The position numbers were made by a program, and so were the translations under genes. DNA of 64,000 nt, taken from a phage. The DNA lies in sequence record PZ452598.1. One strand, 5' to 3'. Shown here piece after piece: positions 10,611 through 20,108 of the stretch. The first letter of the stretch is position 1; each line of letters begins with the position of its first letter. The notes below the pieces were generated by a model. The model saw only the letters and a program-made list of their open reading frames with translations. It did not search any database and was not told where the DNA came from.

Positions 10611-11405
10611 CTACGAATAGGCCCAAACATATCCATAAGCAATTTTGCTTTTTCCAGATATGCACTTTTTAATATTAGACATGCATCCTTTAACGGATAC
10701 AGCTGCGTCTTTAATTCTAGGAAATACTCGTAATAATTTTCCAGTAGTATCATATTGAAATACTGGCACATTTCTTTTCTGAGTTATCCCACGTTTAGAT
10801 TTAGACATTTTTTGTTTAGTTGCATTAGACATCCTAGAGGGCTTTCCTATGTTATCAGAATAATAATATTTCCATTGAAATCCTCCAGCGGTTTTCCTTT
10901 TACCATCTACACATTGTTTAATTGAAGTTGAACAGCTATATGACATATCTTCTGCAGCATCTGTAATACATCTATATTTGCGAATAAAATTTCCATTTAA
11001 ATCATATTGATAAATTGGTTTTCCAGCATTTCGTCTAGCGTTAGACATGTATTTTTTATTATCATCATCTTTCCAGAACTCTTTCATGCTTTCCGATATT
11101 GAAGAAGATACAGCTGTTTTAATCCATCCATACATTTTATTATTTAGTCTTGTTCCGTCAGAACTATAACACATCATACGAATAGCTAAAGCCAATTTAG
11201 GAAGTCTATAAATTTTAAATAATAATAAATGCGCGGTAAAATGTTCTTCTGGTGTCAAAAGAACTAAATTAGTTTTATCATCTGTACCACCCATACATCT
11301 AGGAATTATATGATGTGTTTCAGTATAGTATGTCAAAAGACTTTTATCATTGCCTCTGTTTAGTCCTTTTTCGATCAGTAAATTATATATGTTTAAATAA
11401 TTCAT
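10611..11405 (-). CDS. mobB: HNH-family putative homing endonuclease
   Basis: 264-aa ORF with HNH motif (THHIIPRCMGGTDDKTNLVLLTPEEHFTAH) and basic C-terminal repeats. Sits between a-gt and 55 like T4 mobB. Confidence 0.8.
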   Translation of the reverse strand: MNYLNIYNLLIEKGLNRGNDKSLLTYYTETHHIIPRCMGGTDDKTNLVLLTPEEHFTAHLLLFKIYRLPKLALAIRMMCYSSDGTRLNNKMYGWIKTAVSSSISESMKEFWKDDDNKKYMSNARRNAGKPIYQYDLNGNFIRKYRCITDAAEDMSYSCSTSIKQCVDGKRKTAGGFQWKYYYSDNIGKPSRMSNATKQKMSKSKRGITQKRNVPVFQYDTTGKLLRVFPRIKDAAVSVKGCMSNIKKCISGKSKIAYGYVWAYS

Positions 11406-11441
11406 TTTAGTTTATTTTACCAAAAAATTTATAAAGCAATA

Positions 11442-11459
11442 TAGGAGCCGAAGCTCCTA
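11442..11459 (-). promoter_or_regulatory. UUCG-tetraloop hairpin (GGAGC-UUCG-GCUCC) upstream of mobB
   Basis: Plus-strand taggagccgaagctccta. Confidence 0.4.
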
Positions 11460-11648
11460 TCCACATAATACGCCATACAGAGGCTCGTTAGAACTTTTAA
11501 ATTTTATGCGCTTATATGTTATAGTTCCTTCTGCTTTAGCTTTATCATGAGCCTCTTTAAAGCGTCTCATCATTTCCTCTCTAGAGGAACGAATTTTATT
11601 ATAATCTATTTCAGAAGTCGGATGTTCATCTTTCACAGTTGCCACCAT
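11457..11648 (-). CDS. hypothetical protein
   Basis: 63-aa basic ORF. Its stop lies inside the hairpin. Confidence 0.45.
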   Translation of the reverse strand: MVATVKDEHPTSEIDYNKIRSSREEMMRRFKEAHDKAKAEGTITYKRIKFKSSNEPLYGVLCG

Positions 11649-11839
11649 TTTTTGACTTGATAAGAATCAACCCACACTTTCATATTAGGGTCTGCTCTTA
11701 CAATAGGAGGATTAACTTCTTTGATTGAACTATCACGGTATTCTTTTTCAGAAATTTTCACGCAAAGATGACCATTCAAAGATTCAGTAAATCCTGCATT
11801 AATTTTAAGACGCTTGAATTTTACGTGTGTAAGCATCAA
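11633..11839 (-). CDS. hypothetical protein
   Basis: 68-aa ORF in the a-gt to 55 interval. Confidence 0.45.
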   Translation of the reverse strand: MMLTHVKFKRLKINAGFTESLNGHLCVKISEKEYRDSSIKEVNPPIVRADPNMKVWVDSYQVKKWWQL

Positions 11840-12122
11840 TCATATCCTCAATCTGCGATCTAGTAGTCTTCCAAAGAATACTGATGAGTTCATCGTTATA
11901 TGGCTGTTTTAGAATATCCCGACTTTTCTTGATAGCATATTCGTATTGAGCAAAATTATTATTTTCAGCTGCGATCTGAGCGTGCTTATAAAGACGATTC
12001 AGTTCGCGTTTGTTTTTAGACAATAACTTATTTGCTTTTCTTTCTGCTTCAAGACGGTTCTTTTCTTCAATAGAAGAAATAAGCTTTTCCACTTCATCAT
12101 TAATTTCGGGTTTATCAGTCAT
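11805..12122 (-). CDS. hypothetical coiled-coil protein
   Basis: 105-aa ORF rich in charged heptad-like sequence. Confidence 0.5.
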   Translation of the reverse strand: MTDKPEINDEVEKLISSIEEKNRLEAERKANKLLSKNKRELNRLYKHAQIAAENNNFAQYEYAIKKSRDILKQPYNDELISILWKTTRSQIEDMIDAYTRKIQAS

Positions 12123-12123
12123 A

Positions 12124-12342
12124 TTATTTCTCTAATATAAAATAAAAATCATCATCTGTTAAATGATACCGATAGTTTAATTCTACACCATTAGATTTAA
12201 AAGCGGTATCATACGGATTTTCTGGATCAATATCAATGTCAAGAGCTAAAACTTCCCTGAGATACATTTTAAGTAAATAGGGAATAGCTTCAACTTCAGG
12301 TATTTCTTCCAAGAATCCGGAGAGGTTAATCGTTAGCCTCAT
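12124..12342 (-). CDS. hypothetical protein; start uncertain
   Basis: Track ORF 12124-12369 overlaps the gene 55 3' end. Trimmed to the internal Met at [10 protein letters not shown]. Confidence 0.4.
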
Positions 12343-12883
12343 ATAAAAAATCCAAACTAGGAGAATCATCTACAACACTTTTCTTTTCAGCCCCCGGTGT
12401 TCTATAGGTTGATTCTTCGTAATGCGTCATTTTATCATAGATGTCTTGAATAAAAGTTTCATCTACTAACGCAACCATATCGTCGTCACGGCTGTCATAG
12501 ACATTGTGAACGAAGTAACTATATTTCTTTGCAACTTCCTTACGTTCTTTTTTAATACGTTGGACGAATGCATTAAAACAAGCTTGAGTTATATACGCAT
12601 GTGGGTTTTTATATTTCGTTTCATCAAAATTGTGAAGCCCCTTAATAGAAGCTTCTATACCATCTGCAATCATTTCTTGTTTCCAAGACTGGGTGTATCC
12701 TGAAAAGTTGAAACGTTTAGATAAGCCTTCTGCAATAAGCATAATGGCTAATCCGATAGTATCATTCTGACGAACTACTTTATTTGGGTCTTTATTATTT
12801 GCTAATTCTGTTTTCCAATCAATAATAGCTTGTAAAAGCTCTTTATTGTTTACGTAATTATATTTAGGCTTAGTTTCTGACAT
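12326..12883 (-). CDS. 55: late-transcription sigma factor gp55
   Basis: Track ORF 187 aa; start trimmed to [23 protein letters not shown] (185 aa), matching T4 gp55. Confidence 0.9.
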
Positions 12884-12965
12884 TTTCACCTCTTAGCTCA
12901 ATTCATAGATCTATTATATCATAATATTTGAAGACCTATCTTAAAGCATAGAGGATGAATCAATT

Positions 12966-13181
12966 TCAAGCATTCATCAGATTAGCCGCTCCAAGAGCTG
13001 CATCTAGTGAATCAAATTGGTCAACATATTCAATTAATTCGCCGTAATTAGCGTATAACCACCATTGGCTAAATTCATACTCAAGGATGAATCCATTTCC
13101 TTCAATTTGAGTTAAACCAATGCCATTTGTATTTACTTCATACCCAGCGAGACGTAAATCGTTAATAAGAGCTTCGTTCAT
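12966..13181 (-). CDS. hypothetical protein (55.x region)
   Basis: 71-aa ORF. Confidence 0.5.
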   Translation of the reverse strand: MNEALINDLRLAGYEVNTNGIGLTQIEGNGFILEYEFSQWWLYANYGELIEYVDQFDSLDAALGAANLMNA

Positions 13182-13183
13182 AA

Positions 13184-13510
13184 TTATACCTTAGTAATTT
13201 TCAGGTCTGCAAATTTTTTCTTGCGTTGATTTTTCATGCGACGAATAGTTTTATCGGAAATTTCATGCTTTTGATAAGCTTTAGATTCTACACCAAAAGC
13301 TTTAACATCAAATTCTGACAAGATATATTGAACCAACAATTCACGGACAGTATTGCGTCCAATCTTCTGATCATTCTGTTTCATCGTTTGATGAAGCTCT
13401 TTTTCCCATTTATCCAAAATTTGAGGAGTTACAATATCGCCTTTTTCTAGCAAAGAAACTACTTTATCATATGCGTAAGAATTGATGGCGTTTTTAATTT
13501 GAATAGTCAT
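13184..13510 (-). CDS. hypothetical protein (55.x region)
   Basis: 108-aa ORF with basic C-terminus. Confidence 0.5.
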   Translation of the reverse strand: MTIQIKNAINSYAYDKVVSLLEKGDIVTPQILDKWEKELHQTMKQNDQKIGRNTVRELLVQYILSEFDVKAFGVESKAYQKHEISDKTIRRMKNQRKKKFADLKITKV

Positions 13511-13549
13511 ACATTATCCTCAATTACGTTAAAATTTTATTATCCAAAA

Positions 13550-13563
13550 AGGGCCGAAGCCCT
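13550..13563 (-). promoter_or_regulatory. UUCG-tetraloop hairpin between ORFs
   Basis: Plus-strand agggccgaagccct directly 3' of the 13563-13763 ORF stop. Confidence 0.45.
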
Positions 13564-13763
13564 TAGCTAAACTTTTTGGCACCCTTCCAGCCTTCGTACA
13601 TCATTGCGACTGACAATGACAAAGCTCCTTCACATGCTGCATACTTATTATTCCAGAACCAATTTAGAAAAACTTCATCCTCAATACCGTTGTGTTTCAT
13701 GTTCTGGAAAAATTTGGCGCGTTCTTCAGCAATTCGCTGCGATAATTTAGATTCAGGATTCAT
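13563..13763 (-). CDS. hypothetical protein (55.x region)
   Basis: 66-aa ORF. Confidence 0.5.
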   Translation of the reverse strand: MNPESKLSQRIAEERAKFFQNMKHNGIEDEVFLNWFWNNKYAACEGALSLSVAMMYEGWKGAKKFS

Positions 13764-13979
13764 TTAAATTTCCCAATTGCCATTTTCATCAATAAATTTA
13801 ATCCAGTCATTTACTGACCACTTGGTCGTATCGCCTTTTGGAGTAACATTTAAAGTGTATAGCCCTTGCTTAAAAAGCATGCGTTTGATATTCATATTTT
13901 CCTCAGCTGTAACGATAACACTCGTTTGATTTACGTTTAGCAACTCGTTGAGAAGTATTATAATCAAAATCATCATCAA
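13764..13979 (-). CDS. hypothetical protein (55.x region)
   Basis: 71-aa ORF with hydrophobic N-terminus. Confidence 0.5.
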   Translation of the reverse strand: MMMILIIILLNELLNVNQTSVIVTAEENMNIKRMLFKQGLYTLNVTPKGDTTKWSVNDWIKFIDENGNWEI

Positions 13980-14196
13980 TGTAAACTGATTTTTTCAACT
14001 TTCTTACTTCACCGCGTAATTGACGATTTAACTCATCTTTAACTTCTGAATCAATACCTTTCATTCTACGCCATTTATCTGAGCGAAAAATGTTTTCAAC
14101 CATATCTTTATGACTTACCCCATCAGGAGCTTTACGCTTTCCGAAATAGTCATAATCACGCACTTTTAAGTCTTTACGACGATACGTTTTACCCAT
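13903..14196 (-). CDS. hypothetical basic protein; start trimmed
   Basis: Track ORF 13903-14241. Start moved to ATG at 14196 (MGKTYRR), which has SD AAGGAAAT and sits just after the upstream stop. Confidence 0.5.
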   Translation of the reverse strand: MGKTYRRKDLKVRDYDYFGKRKAPDGVSHKDMVENIFRSDKWRRMKGIDSEVKDELNRQLRGEVRKLKKSVYIDDDFDYNTSQRVAKRKSNECYRYS

Positions 14197-14371
14197 GGAG
14201 TTTAATTTCCTTAGCAACTGAACTAAATACAGCACGATCACAAATCATACGTTTATGTAACTTGAGTATAAGATAGTAAACATCAAAACCATTTACATAA
14301 GTAACACGAACAACATTACCATTCACGAGATAATACTGTCCCTTTTTAATCTCTTTATCAACCACAACCAT
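14189..14371 (-). CDS. hypothetical protein, first gene of an early transcription unit
   Basis: 60-aa ORF (MVVVDKEIKKGQYYLV...) with SD GAGGAA, directly downstream of an early promoter. Confidence 0.55.
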   Translation of the reverse strand: MVVVDKEIKKGQYYLVNGNVVRVTYVNGFDVYYLILKLHKRMICDRAVFSSVAKEIKLHG

Positions 14372-14391
14372 ATCAATTCCTCAAAGGTAAT

Positions 14392-14433
14392 TCATATGTT
14401 AATAATACCACGGTTTGAACTTGTTGTAAACAA
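14392..14433 (-). promoter_or_regulatory. T4-type early promoter (GTTTAC at -35, extended -10 TGGTATTAT)
   Basis: Minus strand reads GTTTACAACAAGTTCAAACCGTGGTATTAT in the 160-bp noncoding gap after nrdH. Confidence 0.55.
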
Positions 14434-14512
14434 CTTTGTGAAAAATATTTTAGGGAATGATAAGAAAGGAACGATAGCTTAGAATGGTAATATACAGAAT
14501 GTGAGAAAGAAA

Positions 14513-14525
14513 GGCCCAGAGGGCC
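14513..14525 (-). terminator. rho-independent terminator-like hairpin 3' of nrdH
   Basis: Plus-strand ggcccagagggcc. On the minus transcript it is followed by UUUCUUUCU. Confidence 0.55.
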
Positions 14526-14529
14526 CGTC

Positions 14530-14838
14530 TTAATCTTCTATGATATCTCTATCATATCCAAGTGAAATGAGAGTTTCTTTGAAGTGTTTAATGTTCTTTT
14601 GTCTAGAATCATTAATGAAAATGACTGGATAACGAATGTTAAGAGATGTGAATCCAGCGCGTTTAGCAAGAGATACAATCAGCGGACGATCATACTCAAT
14701 CTTACCATTATTTGTAAGAACTTTATAGAAAGTAAAAGGAGCATTGAGCTCCTTTAGAAGTTTTGTAACTGATTGACATCCAGGACAACGACCTACTTCA
14801 TCTGGAATTCCATAGACTTCAATCTTATTTTGTTTCAC
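14530..14838 (-). CDS. nrdH: glutaredoxin-like protein NrdH
   Basis: 102-aa ORF with CPGC redox motif (GRCPGCQS) in a thioredoxin-fold context, adjacent to nrdG. Confidence 0.8.
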   Translation of the reverse strand: MKQNKIEVYGIPDEVGRCPGCQSVTKLLKELNAPFTFYKVLTNNGKIEYDRPLIVSLAKRAGFTSLNIRYPVIFINDSRQKNIKHFKETLISLGYDRDIIED

Positions 14839-14840
14839 AA

Positions 14841-15053
14841 CTATTCCTTACTAAGAGCAGCATTCAGCTTGTTAGTAATTTTATCCAGACGCTCATTGAA
14901 TTCACTAGAAGATAAGCCCTTTTCTGGAGAAATCAAACTAATCACGAAAAATATAGCAATAAAAGGAATAAGGAAAATAGCTCCAACTGCCATAAACAGA
15001 AAGAATGTTACAGTTGTAAGAAAATCAGCTAAACCTTTACGAAATTTATACAT
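14841..15053 (-). CDS. small membrane protein
   Basis: 70-aa ORF with one strongly hydrophobic segment (FLTTVTFFLFMAVGAIFLIPFIAIFFVISLI). Confidence 0.55.
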   Translation of the reverse strand: MYKFRKGLADFLTTVTFFLFMAVGAIFLIPFIAIFFVISLISPEKGLSSSEFNERLDKITNKLNAALSKE

Positions 15054-15171
15054 TTACATTTACCTTTAATTGATTAACCAAGCATTGATAAGCACTAAAC
15101 TATACTGCGAATAAAATTCTGGACCAAAATGAAAAATCATATCATTTATAGTATCCATAATGTAATTCAAT

Positions 15172-15642
15172 TTAATCATGTTTCCACACCCCATCGGTAT
15201 TTGACCAAAGTCGCTGATTATCTGATCCTCGCCACAGCTTTTTGGTCGGAAGATTTTTCTCATACTTCCCATCAATAATAACATCAACATATTTAAGCAT
15301 TTCTAGTTGTTTAATATCTTCAAACTTATATCCTGTCCACAACCAGATATCTTTCTCCGGAAATCTTGCTTTAACCCAAGAAACTAAATTTGAAATCTCT
15401 TCTCGGTTCTGTGGATAAAGTGGGTCACCGCCGGTTAAGGTAAGGCCTTGGATATACGATTTGCTTAAATGGGACGCAAGTTCTTTAACGGTATTCATAG
15501 TGAATAACTGTCCGTTACGAGCATTCCAAGTACTACGATTATAACAACCTTCGCATTTATGCAAACATCCAGTGACGAAGAGAACGACCCTACATCCAGG
15601 GCCGTTAACGAAATCGCATGGATAAATTCTATCATAATTCAT
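15172..15642 (-). CDS. nrdG: anaerobic ribonucleotide reductase activase (radical SAM)
   Basis: Track ORF 184 aa; start trimmed to MNYDRIYPCDF (156 aa). Contains CLHKCEGC cluster motif. Sits 3' of nrdD/mobC. Confidence 0.9.
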   Translation of the reverse strand: MNYDRIYPCDFVNGPGCRVVLFVTGCLHKCEGCYNRSTWNARNGQLFTMNTVKELASHLSKSYIQGLTLTGGDPLYPQNREEISNLVSWVKARFPEKDIWLWTGYKFEDIKQLEMLKYVDVIIDGKYEKNLPTKKLWRGSDNQRLWSNTDGVWKHD

Positions 15643-16264
15643 CTTTATATTTCCAAGTATATCCCTTATGAATAGATTGAATTCCTTTGCAACATTTATA
15701 AACAGCAGAATGAAAAAATCCTGCATTTCTTATTTCAGTTGCTCCAGTTAGTTCTATTGTATTTCCGTCTGGTGAATAGCCAATAACCGTTTTGGTGTTA
15801 AAGCGATTTCTAGAACTATTTTTGATATGCTCTTTATGATTAGTAGACAAAGTTCTTCCTGTTAGCCCATCAGATATCCTTTTTCCAAAATCATCAGGAA
15901 GAGTTACTTTAGACCTAGCTATGCTCATTAGCTTCTTAGTTTTATCGCTTCTTTTTGCGCCACGCTGATTTTCAAATTTCTTAGCTTTTGCATACGCGTA
16001 TTGTGAAGAAGTAACTTTTCTATGCTTACTATTACTCATTATCCAATATGCATCATACATCTTTCCACCATATATTTTAGCCAATAAATGGTGAGCAGTA
16101 TAGTGGGCCTTATAAGTTAAAAATACTAAGTTGTCTAAATCATCTGAACCACCCATACTTCTTGGAATTATATGATGAAGTTCATACCCGGCTTTAGTTT
16201 GACGGGGCTTAGATGGGTGTTCAGCAGAATTAACTAGATTTGAATAGATTCTGTCATAATTCAT
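15632..16264 (-). CDS. mobC: HNH-family putative homing endonuclease inserted between nrdD and nrdG
   Basis: 210-aa ORF with HNH motif (HHIIPRSMGGSDDLDNLVFLTYKAHYTAHH). Its ATG overlaps the nrdD stop (ATGA) and its first 7 codons (MNYDRIY) repeat the nrdG start. Confidence 0.8.
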   Translation of the reverse strand: MNYDRIYSNLVNSAEHPSKPRQTKAGYELHHIIPRSMGGSDDLDNLVFLTYKAHYTAHHLLAKIYGGKMYDAYWIMSNSKHRKVTSSQYAYAKAKKFENQRGAKRSDKTKKLMSIARSKVTLPDDFGKRISDGLTGRTLSTNHKEHIKNSSRNRFNTKTVIGYSPDGNTIELTGATEIRNAGFFHSAVYKCCKGIQSIHKGYTWKYKDEL

Positions 16265-17540
16265 TGGTGCTTAACCCTATGCATGATTTCTTTATTTTTA
16301 CCGAGATTAAATCCGCGTTCGTTCGGATTTCCCAAATAACCACATGTTCTTCTTATGGTATTCATCTTTTTAGGATCAGTTTCTCCACAAATAGAACAAA
16401 CAAATCCGTTTTCAGTAGGAGTCATTTCATGGGTACTTCCACATGTAAAACATTTATCTACTGGCATATTAACACCAAAATAATCTAAATGCTGTGCAGC
16501 ATAATCCCACACGGCCTCAAGACCTTTTAAGTTATTTTTCATATCAGGAAGTTCAACATAAGAAATGTGACCACCTGTCGCAATGAAATGATATGGCGCT
16601 TCACGAGAAATCTTTTCAAACGGAGTAATATTTTCTTCTACTGAAACATGGAAACTGTTAGTGTACCAGCCTTTATCGGTAACATCTTTTACGCTTCCAT
16701 ATTTTTCTGTATCGAGTTTACAGAAGCGATAACACAGGTTTTCAGCAGGAGTCGAATATAAACTAAAAGCAAATCCGGTTCTTTCAGTCCACTGTTTAAG
16801 ATGAGCATTCATTTTAGTTAAAATTTCTCGTCCAATATCACGACCGACAAGAATATTCAATTCGTGAATACCAATGTATCCTAAAGACACTGAACTTCTA
16901 CCGTTTTTAAATAACTCAATTATGTCGTCATCAGGTTTAAGACGAACCCCGAATGCACCTTCTTGGTAAAGAATAGGAGCAACAGTAGCTTTAACTCCTT
17001 TTAAGGAACTAATTCTACACATCAAAGCTTCAAAACATAAATCCATTCGTTCATTAAATAGCTCAACAAATTTCTGTTCATTGAACTGTGTTCCAATATA
17101 AGAATCTAACGCGATGCGAGGAAGATTCAGTGTTACAACACCAAGATTATTGCGTCCATCAAGAATTTCATTGCCAGTCGAATCTTTCCATACGCTCAAG
17201 AAACTACGGCAACCCATCGGAGAAACAGGAACAGATGAACCAGTGATAGCTTTATTGTTCTTAGCTGAAATAATATCAGGATACATCCTTTTGCTTGCGC
17301 ACTCTAGAGCAAGCTGTTTAATATCATAGTTCGGATCGTCTTTATAAAGATTAACACCTTCTTCAACGAACATAACAAGCTTAGGGAAAATAGGAGTTAT
17401 CCCATCACGACCAAGACCTTTAATACGATTTTTCAGAATTGCTTTCTGAATCATTCGTTCAGTCCAGTCAGTTCCCGTACCAAATGTAATTGTTACAAAA
17501 GGAGTCTGTCCGTTTGAACTGAATAACGTGTTCACTTCAT
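16261..17540 (-). CDS. nrdD: anaerobic ribonucleoside-triphosphate reductase NrdD, exon 2
   Basis: C-terminal glycyl-radical motif RRTCGYLG and Zn-ribbon cysteines (CFTCGS...CSICGE). Exon 1 plus exon 2 give 1818 nt, i.e. 605 aa, after removing a 1033-nt intron. Confidence 0.88.
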
Positions 17541-17561
17541 CAATGTGTTCAGTAGAGTTCG

Positions 17562-18338
17562 CTACTTCTCTACCCGTTTATATGAAACAATGTAATTTGG
17601 ATAATTGTCATCTAAACACAAATCTTTAATACGACTTGGGTGGAGTTTTAAATCTTTAGCAGCATCCACAAATGATTTATAGATATTGTCATTTATTTTA
17701 ACATATTCTGGGACGGGATGAATTGTTATTTTTATATCTATAACATTTGGATGATTACTAACCTGTTCTTCAGAGCATTTAAGAAATTTTGCAGCTGATT
17801 TAAAACTTCTAAATTTATTTCCGGATTTTAAAGCTATAGAAACAGTCTTTTTAGCCGTTCTACTACCAATATTATTTTTAACATGAGCTTCACTTCTACT
17901 ATTATTTTTATAATGCTCAATCAATTTCTCTCGTATCTTATCTTTATGTTTTAAAGATAAGATTTTACCTTTATGGGCATTACTAAGTTTTTGCTTATGT
18001 TCTTCTGAATCCGGATATTTGTTAAATTTATATCCACCTATAGATTTATTAAGAATAAATTCGTTATTAAAATATTTCCTAATAAGCATTTCTTCATGTT
18101 TAAGGGCCGATTCATAAGAATCAAAAACTTGAAGAATTATCCACTTAGCTTTATAATCTTTAAGCTTTTCTTTAACAAGCTTAGATGACGAATTGTATTC
18201 TTTCCAATTTGTATCTTTACCATATATAGTTTTGAATTTTTTAAAACCTATATAAAAAGACTTATCAGGAAATCTTACCATATAGGTAAATGCTACAGAA
18301 TTGGCAATTTTTAAGCTTTTTCTTAATTTCCATTTCAT
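17562..18338 (-). CDS. I-TevII: intron-encoded homing endonuclease I-TevII (GIY-YIG-like)
   Basis: 258-aa ORF (MKWKLRKSLKIANSVAFTYMVRFPDKSFYIGFKK...) lying wholly inside the nrdD intron. Length matches T4 I-TevII. Confidence 0.85.
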   Translation of the reverse strand: MKWKLRKSLKIANSVAFTYMVRFPDKSFYIGFKKFKTIYGKDTNWKEYNSSSKLVKEKLKDYKAKWIILQVFDSYESALKHEEMLIRKYFNNEFILNKSIGGYKFNKYPDSEEHKQKLSNAHKGKILSLKHKDKIREKLIEHYKNNSRSEAHVKNNIGSRTAKKTVSIALKSGNKFRSFKSAAKFLKCSEEQVSNHPNVIDIKITIHPVPEYVKINDNIYKSFVDAAKDLKLHPSRIKDLCLDDNYPNYIVSYKRVEK

Positions 18339-18356
18339 CGTTTCACCTCGTATTCA

Positions 18357-18364
18357 TATTTATA
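18357..18364 (-). promoter_or_regulatory. late promoter core TATAAATA inside the intron, embedded in a hairpin upstream of I-TevII
   Basis: Minus strand reads CCUCGUAUAAAUAUGAAUACGAGGUGAAACGAUGAAAUGG. The hairpin arms flank the TATAAATA and its 3' arm covers the SD. Confidence 0.5.
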
Positions 18365-18573
18365 CGAGGATAAACAGCTGCATGTCACCATGCAGTTCAG
18401 ACTATATCTTCAACTCTTAGAGTTGTCTGCCGTTTCGGGTCGCTTGACCCTACTCCCTTACATTCATCAGGGATAGTCGTTGGGCATTTACAGCTACTGC
18501 TGATTTAGCAACGGATTGTCTCAGTGAGAGTTTCCCGTTTTAGGCAGATTTTACATGAGCTTGACTTACGTTA

Positions 18574-19111
18574 ACTCATAAGCTTGGAATGCATCGTATA
18601 CGTCTTTTTCTGTTTTAGATTGAGCATAATTCAACGCATCAGCGATTTGCCATTTTTCTGCATCCTCAATATGTTTTGCATAGGTGCGTTTAACATAAGG
18701 AGAAAGTACTTTATCTACATTCGCAAAAGTCGTTCCGCCGTATTGGTGAGAAGCAACTTGCGCAGTAATTTGTGCCATAATTGCAGTAGCAACTCCAATT
18801 GATTTAGGAGTTTCAATCTGCGCATTACCAAGCTTAAATCCGTTTTCAAGCATTCCTTTTAAATCTACTAAACAGCAATTAGTAAATGGAAGAGCAGGGG
18901 AATAATCAATATCATGCACGTGAATAATTCCGCTTTCATGCGCTTTCATAATAAAAGACGGGACCATATTTTTGGCAATGTGTTTAGACACAATACCAGC
19001 CATAAGGTCCCGTTGAGTTGGAAAAACACGAGAATCTTTATTAGCATTCTCGTTTAAAAGGTCTTTATTAGTTTTATGAATTAATCCTTCAATTTCTTTT
19101 TCAATTGTCAT
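18574..19111 (-). CDS. nrdD: anaerobic ribonucleoside-triphosphate reductase NrdD, exon 1
   Basis: N-terminal 179 codons (MTIEKEIEGLIHKTNKDLL...). The track ORF runs 8 nt into the intron before its stop. Confidence 0.88.
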
Positions 19112-19581
19112 TTTAAACTCTTTCTAAGCTGCTTCTTGAATGAAGCTATTAATTGTGTTTTGGTGTCAGATTCATTATATTCAAATCCTCTTTGAAGCAT
19201 CTCGGCCATCATTTCCTCTTTTCCTAAACGAGAAAATTCCTTTGATTTATCTCCAACAAAGTTAGGGTGAATATTATTTTGGGTGTAATCGGATTTTAAA
19301 TAAGTAAGTAAATTTTCTAACCATTCAAGATAATCAACACCTTGTCCCTTTAAGCCAGAACGATTAAATTTATGCTTCATTTGACCTTCTGCAGCATTGC
19401 ATAGATTACAAAGCAATCCACGCACCTTTCCTGCTTTTGGTCCATTTAATTCATGGTCATGGTCGAGGTGATTAGCTTGAACATCAGGATTTAGTTCTCG
19501 TTGGCAAATTAAGCATTTACCGTTTTGTGCATCATAAAATTTCTGTTTTTCTTCTTTGTATAATTTGCCAGTCAATAACAT
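19108..19581 (-). CDS. 49: endonuclease VII (Holliday junction resolvase)
   Basis: 157-aa ORF with zinc-binding CLICQ...CNLCN. Matches T4 gp49 in length and sequence. Confidence 0.95.
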   Translation of the reverse strand: MLLTGKLYKEEKQKFYDAQNGKCLICQRELNPDVQANHLDHDHELNGPKAGKVRGLLCNLCNAAEGQMKHKFNRSGLKGQGVDYLEWLENLLTYLKSDYTQNNIHPNFVGDKSKEFSRLGKEEMMAEMLQRGFEYNESDTKTQLIASFKKQLRKSLK

Positions 19582-19622
19582 AATAAACCCTTACCTTAAA
19601 TAGATAAGGGTATTTATTATTT

Positions 19623-20108
19623 TCAAGTATTGTAAAACATTTGATGCAATCGCTTATATTGCTGAATCATTCGGTCAGAAAAAGAAATTTGAGTTTCAAG
19701 CCATTCAATGTACTCTGCGGCAGCTTGCATTAAATTTCCTTCATAGCCATCGTTATTTTCTTGTGCAGCTAATTTAGCTAATGCGTATGAAATACGTTCA
19801 CCTTGAAAATCGGCTTTAGGCTTCTGAACAACTTGATTAGTTCGCTCTACAACTTCTTCAATTTCGCCATTTTCTACTGATTCAGTATTCCACAAACACC
19901 AATACGTAATTGGCTTATCGTAGATGTTAATAATCTTTCCATCAGAAAGTTCAATTTCAATAATTCCAGTGTCAGGCTCTATATCATCTTCACATTCTTT
20001 TACAAGTTCACGAACTTTAAAGACAGTACCTGCACTAAGTTCCGGCCAGTAATTACACAGCCCTGTATCAGCACGATTAATTCTAAACCATTTATCTACT
20101 GTAATCAT
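19623..20108 (-). CDS. pin: protease inhibitor Pin (inhibitor of host Lon protease)
   Basis: Track ORF 167 aa; likely start at MITVDKWFRINRADTG (161 aa). Position 3' of gene 49 as in T4. Confidence 0.65.
   Translation of the reverse strand: MITVDKWFRINRADTGLCNYWPELSAGTVFKVRELVKECEDDIEPDTGIIEIELSDGKIINIYDKPITYWCLWNTESVENGEIEEVVERTNQVVQKPKADFQGERISYALAKLAAQENNDGYEGNLMQAAAEYIEWLETQISFSDRMIQQYKRLHQMFYNT

Larger units (their letters stand above)
17541..18573 (-). mobile_element. group I self-splicing intron (T4 nrdD/sunY type) carrying the I-TevII ORF
   Basis: The nrdD frame is interrupted. Exon 1 ends AUGAGU with the U able to pair with the intron guide GCUCAU (P1), and the intron ends in G. 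Length is 1033 nt. The ribozyme core is 5' and the ORF 3'. Confidence 0.85.

Noticed and set aside
12506-12703. Plus-strand 65-aa ORF antisense to gene 55, and similar plus-strand ORFs at 14773-15069, 16240-16488, 21381-21614
   Set aside because: Antisense to recognised genes; no supporting signals.
15066-15290. 74-aa minus-strand ORF overlapping the 3' end of nrdG
   Set aside because: Most of it is an alternative frame of nrdG. Only a 37-codon tail downstream of the nrdG stop could be real and I could not support it.
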